The notes beneath the pieces are model-generated. The model saw nothing but the letters and a program-made list of their open reading frames with translations. It did not search any database and had not been told where the DNA came from. A DNA stretch of 64,000 bases from a virus. Below are positions 31,623 to 41,470 of the stretch, in pieces. The stretch is taken from the IMG/VR virus record IMGVR_UViG_3300036765_000035. One strand, given 5' to 3'. The translations under genes and the position numbers were made by a program. The stretch's first letter is position 1. The number at the start of each line of letters is the position of its first letter.

Positions 31623-34100
31623 TTATATCCCTCCAAATATATCATCATTCATTGTACTAAATTCGTCTCTCGTTCCTATTAATCCAGAAAAATCATAACC
31701 GTTTAAATTATTTGGTGAATTTAATATCATTCGTGATATATTTTCTTGATGACCACTAAGTTTTGAAATTAATTGTAATGGAATTGTGGTTAATCCACCA
31801 CCCAATAATTCTGCACCAACATTAAAAGTTTCCATTCCTGTTATTAATGATGATAATGTCAATGAATAATTTTCTAAAACAAGACCATTATCTAATATAT
31901 TTATATCTATTAAATCATTAAATGCATTTAAAATTTCATCAAATGCTAATGATATATCTGTAATTTCTGCTTGTAATTGCGATGCAATATTTGCTAATGA
32001 TATGCTTGATTTAAATGCTTCAAAATTTGATTTAATATTATTAACCCATCCTTTTAAATTATCTAACGTCCATCCACCCATATCTAGGTTTAACTGAAAT
32101 AATGTTTCAGGAACAATATTAAAATCTGATATATCTATAAGTTTTGAAAAATCAAAACATAAGTTTGGTAAATTTAACGTTGGTAATTCAATTGCTGGTA
32201 ATTGTAAGTCTACTGTTATTGGGAAAATATTTCCAAATAATGGTGGAATTGTAAAATCAAATGGGTCTGATAATATTCCACTAAATGTATCATTTAGATT
32301 TTGCATTAATCCATTCCAATTTTCTGCAAATGTTTCCAATGATGAATTTATTCTATCCATTGTTTCTGACTTTCCATTACCAAACTTAAATGTTCTCTCA
32401 CTTGGAACATCCTCATCAACATCTTCTGTACCGTAACTTATCTTAACACCTTGAACCTGTAAACATCCATTTGTTGATTCTTGTTTGGCAACTGATGGTG
32501 TTATTTCTGTAGAAATTGTTGTTTCTTGTTTTGTTTTTGACATTACTACTACTTTTGGTTCACTATATATAGTTGCAGAATTTTCATTAACAGACATGAA
32601 AGATTTACCCTGTCCACCTTCCACTGTAACAGTTTTATTTACAGATTCAATTCCAACATTTTCTCCTTTAGATGAAACAGTAACATCTAATTGAGCACCT
32701 ATATCCATTGCACCTCTATATGCCATTATTTCTGAATTATTAACAGATTGTAATGTCATATCATTTCCTGCCATTTGGTTAACATTATTTGTTACGTTAG
32801 TATTAGAATCACCGTTTATTGATATGTTTAAATTTCCATCATTTGATATTGTGTTTATATCATTTTCAACTTGTGTAAACATAGATAAACCAACAGATGT
32901 ACAAAAGTCACCACCAATTTCTAATATATGATTTTCCTGTACTAATGTTCTTAGATTTTTTTCAACCATTATATGCATATCATCAGTTGAATGAAGTCTG
33001 ATTTGACCATCAGTAGGTATACTATTTAATGGTGTTTGTCCTGTTGTATCACCAGCATATAAATGAAGTCCTTTTTTTCCTTTTATTCGAACAGTTTCAT
33101 CAGATTCAATGTTTATATCTTTTGTTGAATGTACTGAAAGTCTTCTATCTGCAAATATATCAATGTTTCCAGTTTTATCCATTTCAATATATGATTTACC
33201 CTCATATGTTGAAATATATATTCTTTCATTTGTGTCATCTAATATAATTTGATGACCAGCAGTTGTTTTTAATTTAATTCTTGAGTTAAACGGTCTATCA
33301 TCCATAAAAAATGAATGTAACCCGGGACTTGACATTCCATATACACGTGATGATTTAAATGCTCCTAAACTTTTATGTCCTGACCAATCATAACCATGTG
33401 AACCAAGAATTGGTTTAACCCAATCATCTTTTTCAGCTTCAGATATTTGTGGGTATTGATTATCTAAATATGTTGATTTTGAAGGGTTTGGTATTTCTCC
33501 TAAATCTTCCCTAACCGATGTTGGTTGATAATCTGCACCACGTGTTTTCCATTCAGCTGATGCTCTATCATCATTAAATGCAATTGAAGCATTATCATAC
33601 ATTGGTTGAATTGGTGAGTTTGTTGATGATAAAGGTCCGTCAACATTACCATCTTCCCATTTAAACCTTCCTGTAAATTGTGTATGTGTTTCTTGATGTT
33701 GTGGGATTGAACCTAACCAAACCCTTCTTCTTATATCCCCATTTATACATGCAACCAATACATGTGCACCTTGTTCTGGTATACCCCAAAATCCATAATG
33801 TGTTGCACCAGATGTTTTTTCTTTACCTGTTTGATGACCACGTGAATAACAACTATTATTAATACTCCCACCATATGGTGCACCATATAATGCCCAAGGT
33901 ATATGGTGCAATTTTTTTGGATTATCGTTTAAATCTGGACACCATACTCTCAGTCTTCCTTGTTCTAACGGGTCGTCTGTATCAACAACAACACCAATTT
34001 TTATAGTTGATGTATCACTTTTAATATTATCATCTTTACCATTACTTGTATTAATGGCATAAAATTGGTCTATTAATTTTCTACTTAATCTATTTTCCAT
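31623..34100 (-). CDS. Baseplate central hub/spike protein (gp5/VgrG-like): N-terminal OB-fold, C-terminal beta-helical repeat region
   Basis: IKIGVVVDTDDPLEQGRLRVWCPDLN is the gp5/gpV N-terminal OB-fold signature. The C-terminal half carries repetitive short beta-strand-like motifs (NISINGDSNTNVTNNVN, VTVSSKGENVGIESVNKTVTVEGG). Confidence 0.6.
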   Translation of the reverse strand: MENRLSRKLIDQFYAINTSNGKDDNIKSDTSTIKIGVVVDTDDPLEQGRLRVWCPDLNDNPKKLHHIPWALYGAPYGGSINNSCYSRGHQTGKEKTSGATHYGFWGIPEQGAHVLVACINGDIRRRVWLGSIPQHQETHTQFTGRFKWEDGNVDGPLSSTNSPIQPMYDNASIAFNDDRASAEWKTRGADYQPTSVREDLGEIPNPSKSTYLDNQYPQISEAEKDDWVKPILGSHGYDWSGHKSLGAFKSSRVYGMSSPGLHSFFMDDRPFNSRIKLKTTAGHQIILDDTNERIYISTYEGKSYIEMDKTGNIDIFADRRLSVHSTKDINIESDETVRIKGKKGLHLYAGDTTGQTPLNSIPTDGQIRLHSTDDMHIMVEKNLRTLVQENHILEIGGDFCTSVGLSMFTQVENDINTISNDGNLNISINGDSNTNVTNNVNQMAGNDMTLQSVNNSEIMAYRGAMDIGAQLDVTVSSKGENVGIESVNKTVTVEGGQGKSFMSVNENSATIYSEPKVVVMSKTKQETTISTEITPSVAKQESTNGCLQVQGVKISYGTEDVDEDVPSERTFKFGNGKSETMDRINSSLETFAENWNGLMQNLNDTFSGILSDPFDFTIPPLFGNIFPITVDLQLPAIELPTLNLPNLCFDFSKLIDISDFNIVPETLFQLNLDMGGWTLDNLKGWVNNIKSNFEAFKSSISLANIASQLQAEITDISLAFDEILNAFNDLIDINILDNGLVLENYSLTLSSLITGMETFNVGAELLGGGLTTIPLQLISKLSGHQENISRMILNSPNNLNGYDFSGLIGTRDEFSTMNDDIFGGI

Positions 34101-34101
34101 G

Positions 34102-37041
34102 CTATTCCATTGATGATGCTTGTCCTGCTATATCGTCTGTTAATTTTGACATTAAATCATCTGATTTTCTTTTATATGCTAATGCTTTCAATTCATCTTC
34201 TTTTGTCAAATCATTTTCGATTGACTTAATTTGATTTTCTGTAATAACTTTAATATACGCTGATGTTGTTTTCATATAATCTAACATCAACTTTTCCCTT
34301 TCTTCTGTTTCAGAATTTTTTAATGATGATATATCAATCTCATAATTTAATAATGTTTTTCCATCTTGTTGTGTAATAATTGGTTTTCCATTTTGAATTA
34401 TGGGTGTACCAAGATTTGTAAAATCTATATATTCATTATTTAACATTTCTTGAATGTTAGAATTTCTTGGATTCATAATATCTTTTACATTTTGTGGTAA
34501 CATTCCCATTAAGTGTTCAACTCGTTGCGAATTTGTCATACTAAATAATTTATCATATTCTTGTTGATTAAAATATTTTGACATTAATTCTGTTTCACTC
34601 ATTTCCCCTGTTGCTACCATTATTCTTTCTTTTTTTGATGCTAAATTGTGTACAACATCTCTTTTTTGGTCAAGTAACTTATCTTCATATGATTTTTCTC
34701 CGAATGTTTTAGCAACACTTTCACCTAACCATGTTCCTATATTCTTTAAAGTTGAGTCACCCCCTGTAGCTCTACCGATTGCATCATCTAAAAGAAGTGT
34801 TATCCCACCCCATTTTAACATGGTTCTCAAAATTCCTCCACCACCTCCACCTCTTGGTGCATTTTTTGGTGAATTTTTTGGATTAGCTCCTTCTGTTGTT
34901 ATTGGTGGAATACCTCGTTGTGCCATTTTTTTCGTTAAATATAGTTCTGCTATACCACCCATTGCACCAAAAATACCTGCACCCATTTTTCCTATAGGTG
35001 ATTTTAAAAACCCTGATGTATTTTCTGCAATTTGGTTTAATAACTTTATTGCGTTTGAGTGTTCACCAAGTGCCTTTTCCATTGTTTCATCAAAGCTTCC
35101 ATTAACTGAATTTATTAATCCTGATGTTTTATTATTAAATGCGTTTGCATCTGTTTCTCCAAACATTCCTGCATTTTCCATTAAAGTAGAAATATATTGT
35201 TCATCTGGTGTTCCTGAAACTTTATTTATTGACTCAAGATTTGCTTTTTGTAATACTTTTATTACGTTAAGTGCTGTTGACATATCTGTTTCTGATACCC
35301 CAACACCTCTCATTCTGTATGCCCTAAGTGCTATATCAATATCTTCTTGTGTTAATCCATTTCCTGATTTTCCACCTTTAAAGTTTTTAAAAGCATCAGT
35401 ATCTTTATTTAATGCAAATAAATTTTTGGCAAACTCAATTTCAACCAATCTTGTTGAAAATTTTTTGTTTGTAGTAGATGTTGCAAAACTTTGAGCAAAT
35501 TCTAATATTTGTGGCATAGTCAATGCAAAATTTTTCCTTAACTCAAGTGATGTTTTTGTTAATATTCCTAATCCTTTATTACTTTTATCAATTCTACTAA
35601 AAAATTCCTTGAATCCTTTATCTTTACTCAAATTTGCAAACATTTGATTTATTTCTTCAGGTATCATATCTGTCATATTTCCTAACACCTGTATATCACG
35701 TGTATACTCATTTAATGCTTTGATTGATGGCTCAACGCCCAAATTCTTAAATGTGTTTAACTCGTTTCCAAAAAATTTAACTGCATCCCCTCCAATTATA
35801 TTAAACTTATCTCTAATTAAATCTAAAGATGAATTAAACTTTTCATTGTTTAAAACATTTGCTGATTGTATTTCACCAGTAAACATTCTTAACATTGTTC
35901 TATTTGATGAAATTGCTTGTGCCATTTCTGATTGGCTTGCACCTCTATCTGCTGAACCAATTGCAAAATCCAATAAAGAACCTGCATCAATACCTCTCAT
36001 ACCTGTACGTTGCATAGCAGACAAATCTGAATATTCTTGTTTGACACCATATGCAATTGCTCCTTTACCTAAATTACCTATAACACCCTTTAATTTATCT
36101 TTAAGATTATTTGTTTCATTTTTTATAGTTTTAGATAATTCCAATGTTGAATCTACAAAATCTCCCATTGCATTTTCTGCTTCTTGTTGCATTTTTTTGG
36201 TACTTTCCATTCCAGCTTTGTTTAACTCAATTTTATCAATTTGTGATTTTTTAAATATTTTTGAGAAACTATCAAAGTCATGTCCCATATCATTGAACAT
36301 TTCTTTTAAATCAAACCCTTCATCTTTTAAATTATCAAAATTCTCACCCAATATTTCAATTTGTTTTTTAGTAACAATTCCACTTTGTTGGATTCCATTC
36401 ATTATCTTAATAACATTTTCAAATCCTTTTGTTATTTCCCCCGTAGATGACATTAATTCACTAACATTATTATTAGTTTCTTTCATTTTATTTTTAAAAT
36501 ATTCAGACATTTTTTCACCAGCTTTTATGGATGACATTTTAAAACTCTTTTCCATGTTATCCATTGTACGTGAAATATTTCTTTCCATTGTTTTACTTGG
36601 AATGACATTGATTACTGAATCTTTTACTTTTTTGAATATATCCTTGAAACCATCACCAAAAGTTTTATTTAATTTTTCAGCATTTCTTGAAGCTTCAATA
36701 TTTATTTTTTTCCATTCTGCATTATGTTTTTTGAGATTTTCTCTCATTTTTCCTAATCCATCGTCATCTTTTTTAGTATCATTTTTGCTATATGATGTTC
36801 CATTATCTGAACCATTATTCATATTTGCAAAGTAACCAGAAAATTTAGATATTGTGTTATCCAATCTTCTAAGTATATTAATTAATTCAATTTGCTCGTT
36901 TGCCATATTATTTTCCATTAAATTGACGATATTAGTAGTATTTATTTCATTAACAACTAGATGAAAATTGTCATTTTCATTTATTTTGTAAAACCATAAA
37001 TATTTGTAAAATACAACATTGGTACAATATATGAACAACAA
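34102..37041 (-). CDS. Tail tape measure protein (coiled-coil-rich, 979 aa) at the head of the baseplate/tail operon
   Basis: Long alpha-helical, charged composition with a Gly-rich segment (GGGGGGILRTMLKWGGITLL). Position immediately upstream of the hub gene. Confidence 0.5.
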   Translation of the reverse strand: MLFIYCTNVVFYKYLWFYKINENDNFHLVVNEINTTNIVNLMENNMANEQIELINILRRLDNTISKFSGYFANMNNGSDNGTSYSKNDTKKDDDGLGKMRENLKKHNAEWKKINIEASRNAEKLNKTFGDGFKDIFKKVKDSVINVIPSKTMERNISRTMDNMEKSFKMSSIKAGEKMSEYFKNKMKETNNNVSELMSSTGEITKGFENVIKIMNGIQQSGIVTKKQIEILGENFDNLKDEGFDLKEMFNDMGHDFDSFSKIFKKSQIDKIELNKAGMESTKKMQQEAENAMGDFVDSTLELSKTIKNETNNLKDKLKGVIGNLGKGAIAYGVKQEYSDLSAMQRTGMRGIDAGSLLDFAIGSADRGASQSEMAQAISSNRTMLRMFTGEIQSANVLNNEKFNSSLDLIRDKFNIIGGDAVKFFGNELNTFKNLGVEPSIKALNEYTRDIQVLGNMTDMIPEEINQMFANLSKDKGFKEFFSRIDKSNKGLGILTKTSLELRKNFALTMPQILEFAQSFATSTTNKKFSTRLVEIEFAKNLFALNKDTDAFKNFKGGKSGNGLTQEDIDIALRAYRMRGVGVSETDMSTALNVIKVLQKANLESINKVSGTPDEQYISTLMENAGMFGETDANAFNNKTSGLINSVNGSFDETMEKALGEHSNAIKLLNQIAENTSGFLKSPIGKMGAGIFGAMGGIAELYLTKKMAQRGIPPITTEGANPKNSPKNAPRGGGGGGILRTMLKWGGITLLLDDAIGRATGGDSTLKNIGTWLGESVAKTFGEKSYEDKLLDQKRDVVHNLASKKERIMVATGEMSETELMSKYFNQQEYDKLFSMTNSQRVEHLMGMLPQNVKDIMNPRNSNIQEMLNNEYIDFTNLGTPIIQNGKPIITQQDGKTLLNYEIDISSLKNSETEEREKLMLDYMKTTSAYIKVITENQIKSIENDLTKEDELKALAYKRKSDDLMSKLTDDIAGQASSME

Positions 37042-37960
37042 TAACGATAAAAATGAAGTTTTGGAAGTAATTAAAAAAATAAATCCGTTACTAGAAAAAA
37101 ATAAAATGCCCGGTCAACGTTTTCGTATGCCATCAAGGGGGTTATTTTATACTAACGGAGAATTAGCTGACACTGTTAAAGATGGTGAAGTTGAAGTTTT
37201 TCCAATGAAAACAATAGATGAAATTAATTTAAAAACACCTGATTTGATTTTTCAAGGAAATGTTATTGAACGTGTGTTTAAAAGGTGTATACCTGAAATC
37301 GTAAAACCTATGGAACTGTTATCCAATGATGTAGATTATTTAATGGCTGCACTGTGGAAAGTATCACATGGGAATAGTTTGCCTATAAAAACAACATGTG
37401 AATGTACAAACCACAAAACAACACGTGAATATACAATACCATTGGATAAGTTGCTTGCACAAAATACAGTTGAACTTGATAAAGATAAACTGTTATCAGA
37501 ATATAATTTTGAAATAACAAATCCTTCTACAAATGTTACATTAGATATTCAACTTAAACCAATTAAATATGATAATCTTGTTTCAACATATCAAACACAA
37601 TCACAAAATTTGGTTAAATATAATGATTTTACTGTTCCTGAAGGATTAGATGACGAAGAAAAAGAAAAATATACAAAAGAGATGGAAGAATCAATGGAAC
37701 ATTATATCAGTTTAATATTATCATCAATGATTGAATCAGTTGATGGCATCACTGACAGAGACAATATCGAAGAATGGGTGTTGGATTTACGTGTTCCTAT
37801 GAAAAAACAACTTTCAGAAAAAATTGAAAAGGTTTCTTCATGGGGTGTAAAATTTGATTACACCGTTAATTGTTTTGATTGTGGTAAACCAATTGATGTT
37901 TCACCAATGTTAAATCCTGTAAGTTTTTTTTCGCAATCCTCAAGTCAGACAGAAGGTTAA
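37019..37960 (+). CDS. Hypothetical protein with Cys clusters (possible zinc ribbon). The true start is probably ATG at 37031.
   Basis: CECTNHK ... CFDCGKP motifs. Divergently transcribed from the tape-measure gene. Confidence 0.4.
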   Translation: MVQYMNNNNDKNEVLEVIKKINPLLEKNKMPGQRFRMPSRGLFYTNGELADTVKDGEVEVFPMKTIDEINLKTPDLIFQGNVIERVFKRCIPEIVKPMELLSNDVDYLMAALWKVSHGNSLPIKTTCECTNHKTTREYTIPLDKLLAQNTVELDKDKLLSEYNFEITNPSTNVTLDIQLKPIKYDNLVSTYQTQSQNLVKYNDFTVPEGLDDEEKEKYTKEMEESMEHYISLILSSMIESVDGITDRDNIEEWVLDLRVPMKKQLSEKIEKVSSWGVKFDYTVNCFDCGKPIDVSPMLNPVSFFSQSSSQTEG

Positions 37961-37968
37961 TATCTAAA

Positions 37969-38136
37969 ATGACCTCTGATTTGAGGAATCAAATTAGAAT
38001 GCATATTTATGAGGTTGTACAATTAACATATTTTATGAACGGTGCAATATCATATTCTGAAATGATGGAAATGTCTCTTGCAGAGAAACAAATTGTTTCT
38101 GATTTTATAAAACAATTAATGGAAAGCAAAAAATAA
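37969..38136 (+). CDS. Small ORF (55 aa) not in the supplied track, translationally coupled (TAATG) to the next gene
   Basis: ATG at 37969, translated MTSDLRNQIRMHIYEVVQLTYFMNGAISYSEMMEMSLAEKQIVSDFIKQLMESKK. The stop overlaps the start of 38136. Confidence 0.3.
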   Translation: MTSDLRNQIRMHIYEVVQLTYFMNGAISYSEMMEMSLAEKQIVSDFIKQLMESKK

Positions 38137-38858
38137 TGAACTATAATCTTATAACAATTGACCCATCTATAAAAAGCAATGGGGTTGTTGTTAATGGTAA
38201 CATCATTAGTGTTGTTGATGAGAGTAAAGCATTTGGAAAAACTAAATTAAATAAATGGTTTGAAATATGTGATAAAATTGTTGATTTTATTTACATAAAC
38301 TATGATTATCCAAAAAATTATTCAGAATCAGAATCATATAAATTAATTAAATATTCAGAAACTGTAAATGTTTTATTTGATAAAGTTTCTGAATATTTAA
38401 TTGATGGTGTACCAACAATATTTGCAATAGAAGGGTATAGTTATAATTCAGAAGCAGGTCATTTAATTGATTTAGTCACATATTCAACGCTTCTTAGATT
38501 AAAATTTAAAGAAATTGCAGATTATATTTACATTTTATCCCCTTCAACATTAAAATTGGAATCAGCAAAATTAACATATAAACCGACTAATATTGGTAAA
38601 CGTGTTGATAAATTTATATATCAAAACAATGAAGGTATAAAAGGAGGTTCATTTACAAAACATCACATGTATAAAGCTTTAATTGAAAATGAAAATATTA
38701 ATGATGAATGGAATGATATGCTTAAAGAATATGCTTCTGATATTTTGAGTAAATCTAAGATTGTAAAACCGATTGAAGATATCAATGATTCAAAATTATT
38801 ATATGAAATTATTAAAAATAGAATATTTTTAGAAAAAAAGCTTGACATTTCATTTTAA
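38136..38858 (+). CDS. Hypothetical protein, possibly a RuvC/A22-like resolvase fold
   Basis: N-terminus LITIDPSIKSNGVVV resembles the RuvC motif I (IxGIDPG...G). FAIEGYSY could be the second acidic motif. Weak. Confidence 0.3.
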   Translation: MNYNLITIDPSIKSNGVVVNGNIISVVDESKAFGKTKLNKWFEICDKIVDFIYINYDYPKNYSESESYKLIKYSETVNVLFDKVSEYLIDGVPTIFAIEGYSYNSEAGHLIDLVTYSTLLRLKFKEIADYIYILSPSTLKLESAKLTYKPTNIGKRVDKFIYQNNEGIKGGSFTKHHMYKALIENENINDEWNDMLKEYASDILSKSKIVKPIEDINDSKLLYEIIKNRIFLEKKLDISF

Positions 38859-38950
38859 TCAATATTATATTACACATATTACTCAAATTGGATTAGAGTT
38901 AATTGATGATAACGGATTTCATCTTTAAGAAAGAATTTAAGAATATCAAA

Positions 38951-39016
38951 GAAAACATTAAAGAAATTTTAAGAACAATTAAAGAAAACATTAAAGAAAT
39001 TTTAAGAACAATTAAA
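38951..39016. repeat. Two perfect tandem 33-nt repeats (gaaaacattaaagaaattttaagaacaattaaa) followed by degenerate copies extending to about 39080
   Basis: Identical 33-mers at 38951-38983 and 38984-39016. Further diverged units follow (agaatttttaagaacagtaaagaacattaaagaaagaaattttaagaacattaagaaactt). Confidence 0.8.
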
Positions 39017-39140
39017 GAAAGAATTTTTAAGAACAGTAAAGAACATTAAAGAAAGAAATTTTAAGAACATTAAGAAACTTTATACAATTAAAAAATTTTT
39101 TGGAACAGAAAAATAAAGGGATTTTATTAAAATTTGTTAA

Positions 39141-39385
39141 TTCTGAACAGGCTGCATATTCACTTATTAGTGTTTATCGGACAAGATGTTTGATTTAGGA
39201 AATGGTCAAACCACGTTATATCTTAAAGGTCTGTGCAAGGTTAATATTAGTGTTAAAAATTCGGAATTATTGTTGCTAATATTAATCGTCTTGCTAAAAC
39301 ATCATAACAAATCCTATTGTTATGAAAGTCTATTAATTATGTGGATTTTAATTGAAATGACAGCCGAATATGTTTAACTTTTTTA
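39141..39385 (+). ncRNA. Candidate structured non-coding RNA: an island of locally elevated GC content inside a 1-kb AT-rich intergenic region, ending in a T-run
   Basis: Blocks ggctg/cagcc and catattc/gaatatg at the two ends. The region ends cttttttattttttttttctg. Only a junk-like 63-aa ORF overlaps it. Confidence 0.3.
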
Positions 39386-39594
39386 TTTTTTTTTTCTGTT
39401 CATAAGCATATCAATCCCAATGGTAATATGGGATAAATTTACTGAGTTTGGATTGGGTAATTTGCTCTATAAACATTAAAAATAATTTTTTTATAAGAAC
39501 ATTATTTTTAATTTTTATAAAAAAATGGGGGGGATATCATTATATATACTTTTATATTTTTTTCAAAATAAATAAAAAAACCAAATATTCATCA

Positions 39595-39631
39595 AATATT
39601 AAAATATGAGCGAAGCGAATATTTTAATATT
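39595..39631. other. Perfect 13-bp inverted repeat (AATATTAAAATAT / ATATTTTAATATT) closing an 11-nt loop (gagcGAAGCga) containing the hyper-stable GCGAAGC mini-hairpin motif
   Basis: Verified by reverse-complementing the right arm. The loop is the only GC-rich stretch nearby. Confidence 0.7.
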
Positions 39632-39827
39632 GCAAAATTTTTTGAAAAAAAAAATTGCATTCATTTAAAAAAATATAGCCTTTGGCAAAACATGGTTTGT
39701 AAACAAACCAGTTTTAGATATTAGTTGCCTTTAAAATAAAAAATATTTATATATAAATTATATTGATTAATAACTTTATATATGTTAAACTATGAGATAT
39801 ATTAATATTAATTGAGGAATTACATTA

Positions 39828-41441
39828 ATGACAGATAAAAAAGATATAATGTCATTTTGGCCCATGCCAAACTTTAAACCACGTAAAAGTCAAGTTGAAG
39901 CACTTGAATGGATACAATCACTTCCAGAACATATCAAATATATTTTGGTTGAAATACCTGTAGGTGGTGGTAAATCACCTCTTGCATTAAATGTGAGTGG
40001 TTGGTTATCAGGTTTAAATGGTAATGGGTTCATTATAACAACTCAAAAAATATTACAAAAGCAATATGAAGATTCATTTGATTCACAATTGTTAAAAGCA
40101 GTATATGGAAAAGCAAATTATACATGTTCATCAAAAAACACAACATGTGATATTGGTTCAGATATAAAACCACAATGCGATAATTGTCCACATAGAAATG
40201 CAATTGGTAAAGCAATTAAATCACCTAATATGTTGTTAAATTATACACTTGCATTGTTGTTTTTTATGCAACATGATAAATTGGGATTAAAAAAACGAGA
40301 TGTAATTGTTTTTGATGAATGTCATACATTAGAAAACCATTTGACTGAATTTGGTTCAGTTAACATTACAATGAAAAAATGTATTGATTTAGATATTGTT
40401 TTTAAACCATGTACATCTATGAATGAAGCATTCAATTGGATAAATGAAACATATTATAGTGCTGTTTATGATTATGTGGAAAAACTCCATAATCAATATC
40501 AAGAAATATCTGATAAAGTATATTTAAATAATGCTGTATTAACCCGTGATGACAAAAAGATTATTATGAGTTACTTAAAATGGCAAAAACATTTTGATTC
40601 TTTACAAGTGTTATTAACAACAAATAAAAAAGAAATATTCGAAAATTATGTATTAGTTAATGATAAAGTTTCATTTAAATTTAAACAATTATATGGGAGT
40701 AATGCATTTCATCAAATAGTCAAACCAATGGCAAATAAATTCATGTTTATGTCATCAACAATATTAAATAAAGATGCATTTTGTAAAGATTTAGGTATTA
40801 ACCCAGATGAAGCAGAAATCATATCAATTGATTCAGAATTTGATTGTGATAATAGACCAGTAATTTATAAACCAGTTGCAAAAATGAATTATGGGTGGAA
40901 TACTGATGAAAGAAAGAAAGATAGACAATCTATGATTGAAGCAATCATGAATATTTGTGAAGAACATAATGATGAAAATGGAATTATACATACTGGAAGT
41001 TTTCAAATTTCTGATTGGTTGGTAAAAGATTTGAGAAATATGATTCCACATAGAATATTACATCATGGTACAGATTCAGGTAAATCGAGAGATGAAGTAA
41101 TAAACGAGTATATAAATGAATCTGATACTCCGACAATATTATTATCTCCTAGTATAACAGAAGGGTTAGATTTAGTTGATGATAAAGGAAGGTTTGCTAT
41201 ATTTGCAAAAGTACCATATCCGTACATGGGTGACCAATGGGTTAAGAAAAGAATGACACTTTCAAATGAATGGTATCAACGACAAGCTATGATAGCAATA
41301 ATTCAAGGTGGTGGACGTGTGGTTCGTTCTAAGGAAGATTGGGGTGTAACGTATATACTTGATTCAAGTTTTGGTTTTTTATATAGTAAAATGCATAATA
41401 AGATACCAAAATGGTGGAAACAAGCATATTTTAAATTTTAA
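39828..41441 (+). CDS. DinG/XPD (Rad3)-family ATP-dependent DNA helicase with an Fe-S cluster domain
   Basis: Walker A VGGGKSPLAL. Four-Cys cluster CSSKNTTCDIGSDIKPQCDNCPH lies between Walker A and the DEAH box (VFDECH). Motif VI QGGGRVVRS. Confidence 0.75.
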   Translation: MTDKKDIMSFWPMPNFKPRKSQVEALEWIQSLPEHIKYILVEIPVGGGKSPLALNVSGWLSGLNGNGFIITTQKILQKQYEDSFDSQLLKAVYGKANYTCSSKNTTCDIGSDIKPQCDNCPHRNAIGKAIKSPNMLLNYTLALLFFMQHDKLGLKKRDVIVFDECHTLENHLTEFGSVNITMKKCIDLDIVFKPCTSMNEAFNWINETYYSAVYDYVEKLHNQYQEISDKVYLNNAVLTRDDKKIIMSYLKWQKHFDSLQVLLTTNKKEIFENYVLVNDKVSFKFKQLYGSNAFHQIVKPMANKFMFMSSTILNKDAFCKDLGINPDEAEIISIDSEFDCDNRPVIYKPVAKMNYGWNTDERKKDRQSMIEAIMNICEEHNDENGIIHTGSFQISDWLVKDLRNMIPHRILHHGTDSGKSRDEVINEYINESDTPTILLSPSITEGLDLVDDKGRFAIFAKVPYPYMGDQWVKKRMTLSNEWYQRQAMIAIIQGGGRVVRSKEDWGVTYILDSSFGFLYSKMHNKIPKWWKQAYFKF

Positions 41442-41470
41442 AAAAAAGAGAGTTTAACTCTCTTTTTTAA
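41441..41470. terminator. Bidirectional hairpin terminator (AGAGAG..CTCTCT with flanking A- and T-runs) between the convergent helicase and gp46 genes
   Basis: Inverted repeat aaaaaaaagagagtttaactctctttttt. Confidence 0.55.

Noticed and set aside
34646-36835. Two long plus-strand ORFs (282 and 371 aa) antisense to the tape-measure gene
   Set aside because: They lie entirely inside the 979-aa minus-strand gene that fits the tail-operon context. Their translations are low-complexity (S/F/L/I/P-rich), typical of the antisense frame of AT-rich coding DNA.
38925-39090. Tandem repeats considered as a possible CRISPR array
   Set aside because: Repeat units abut directly without unique spacers. Only two copies are perfect, the rest degenerate. 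AT-rich, with no cas genes. More consistent with iterons or tandem duplication.
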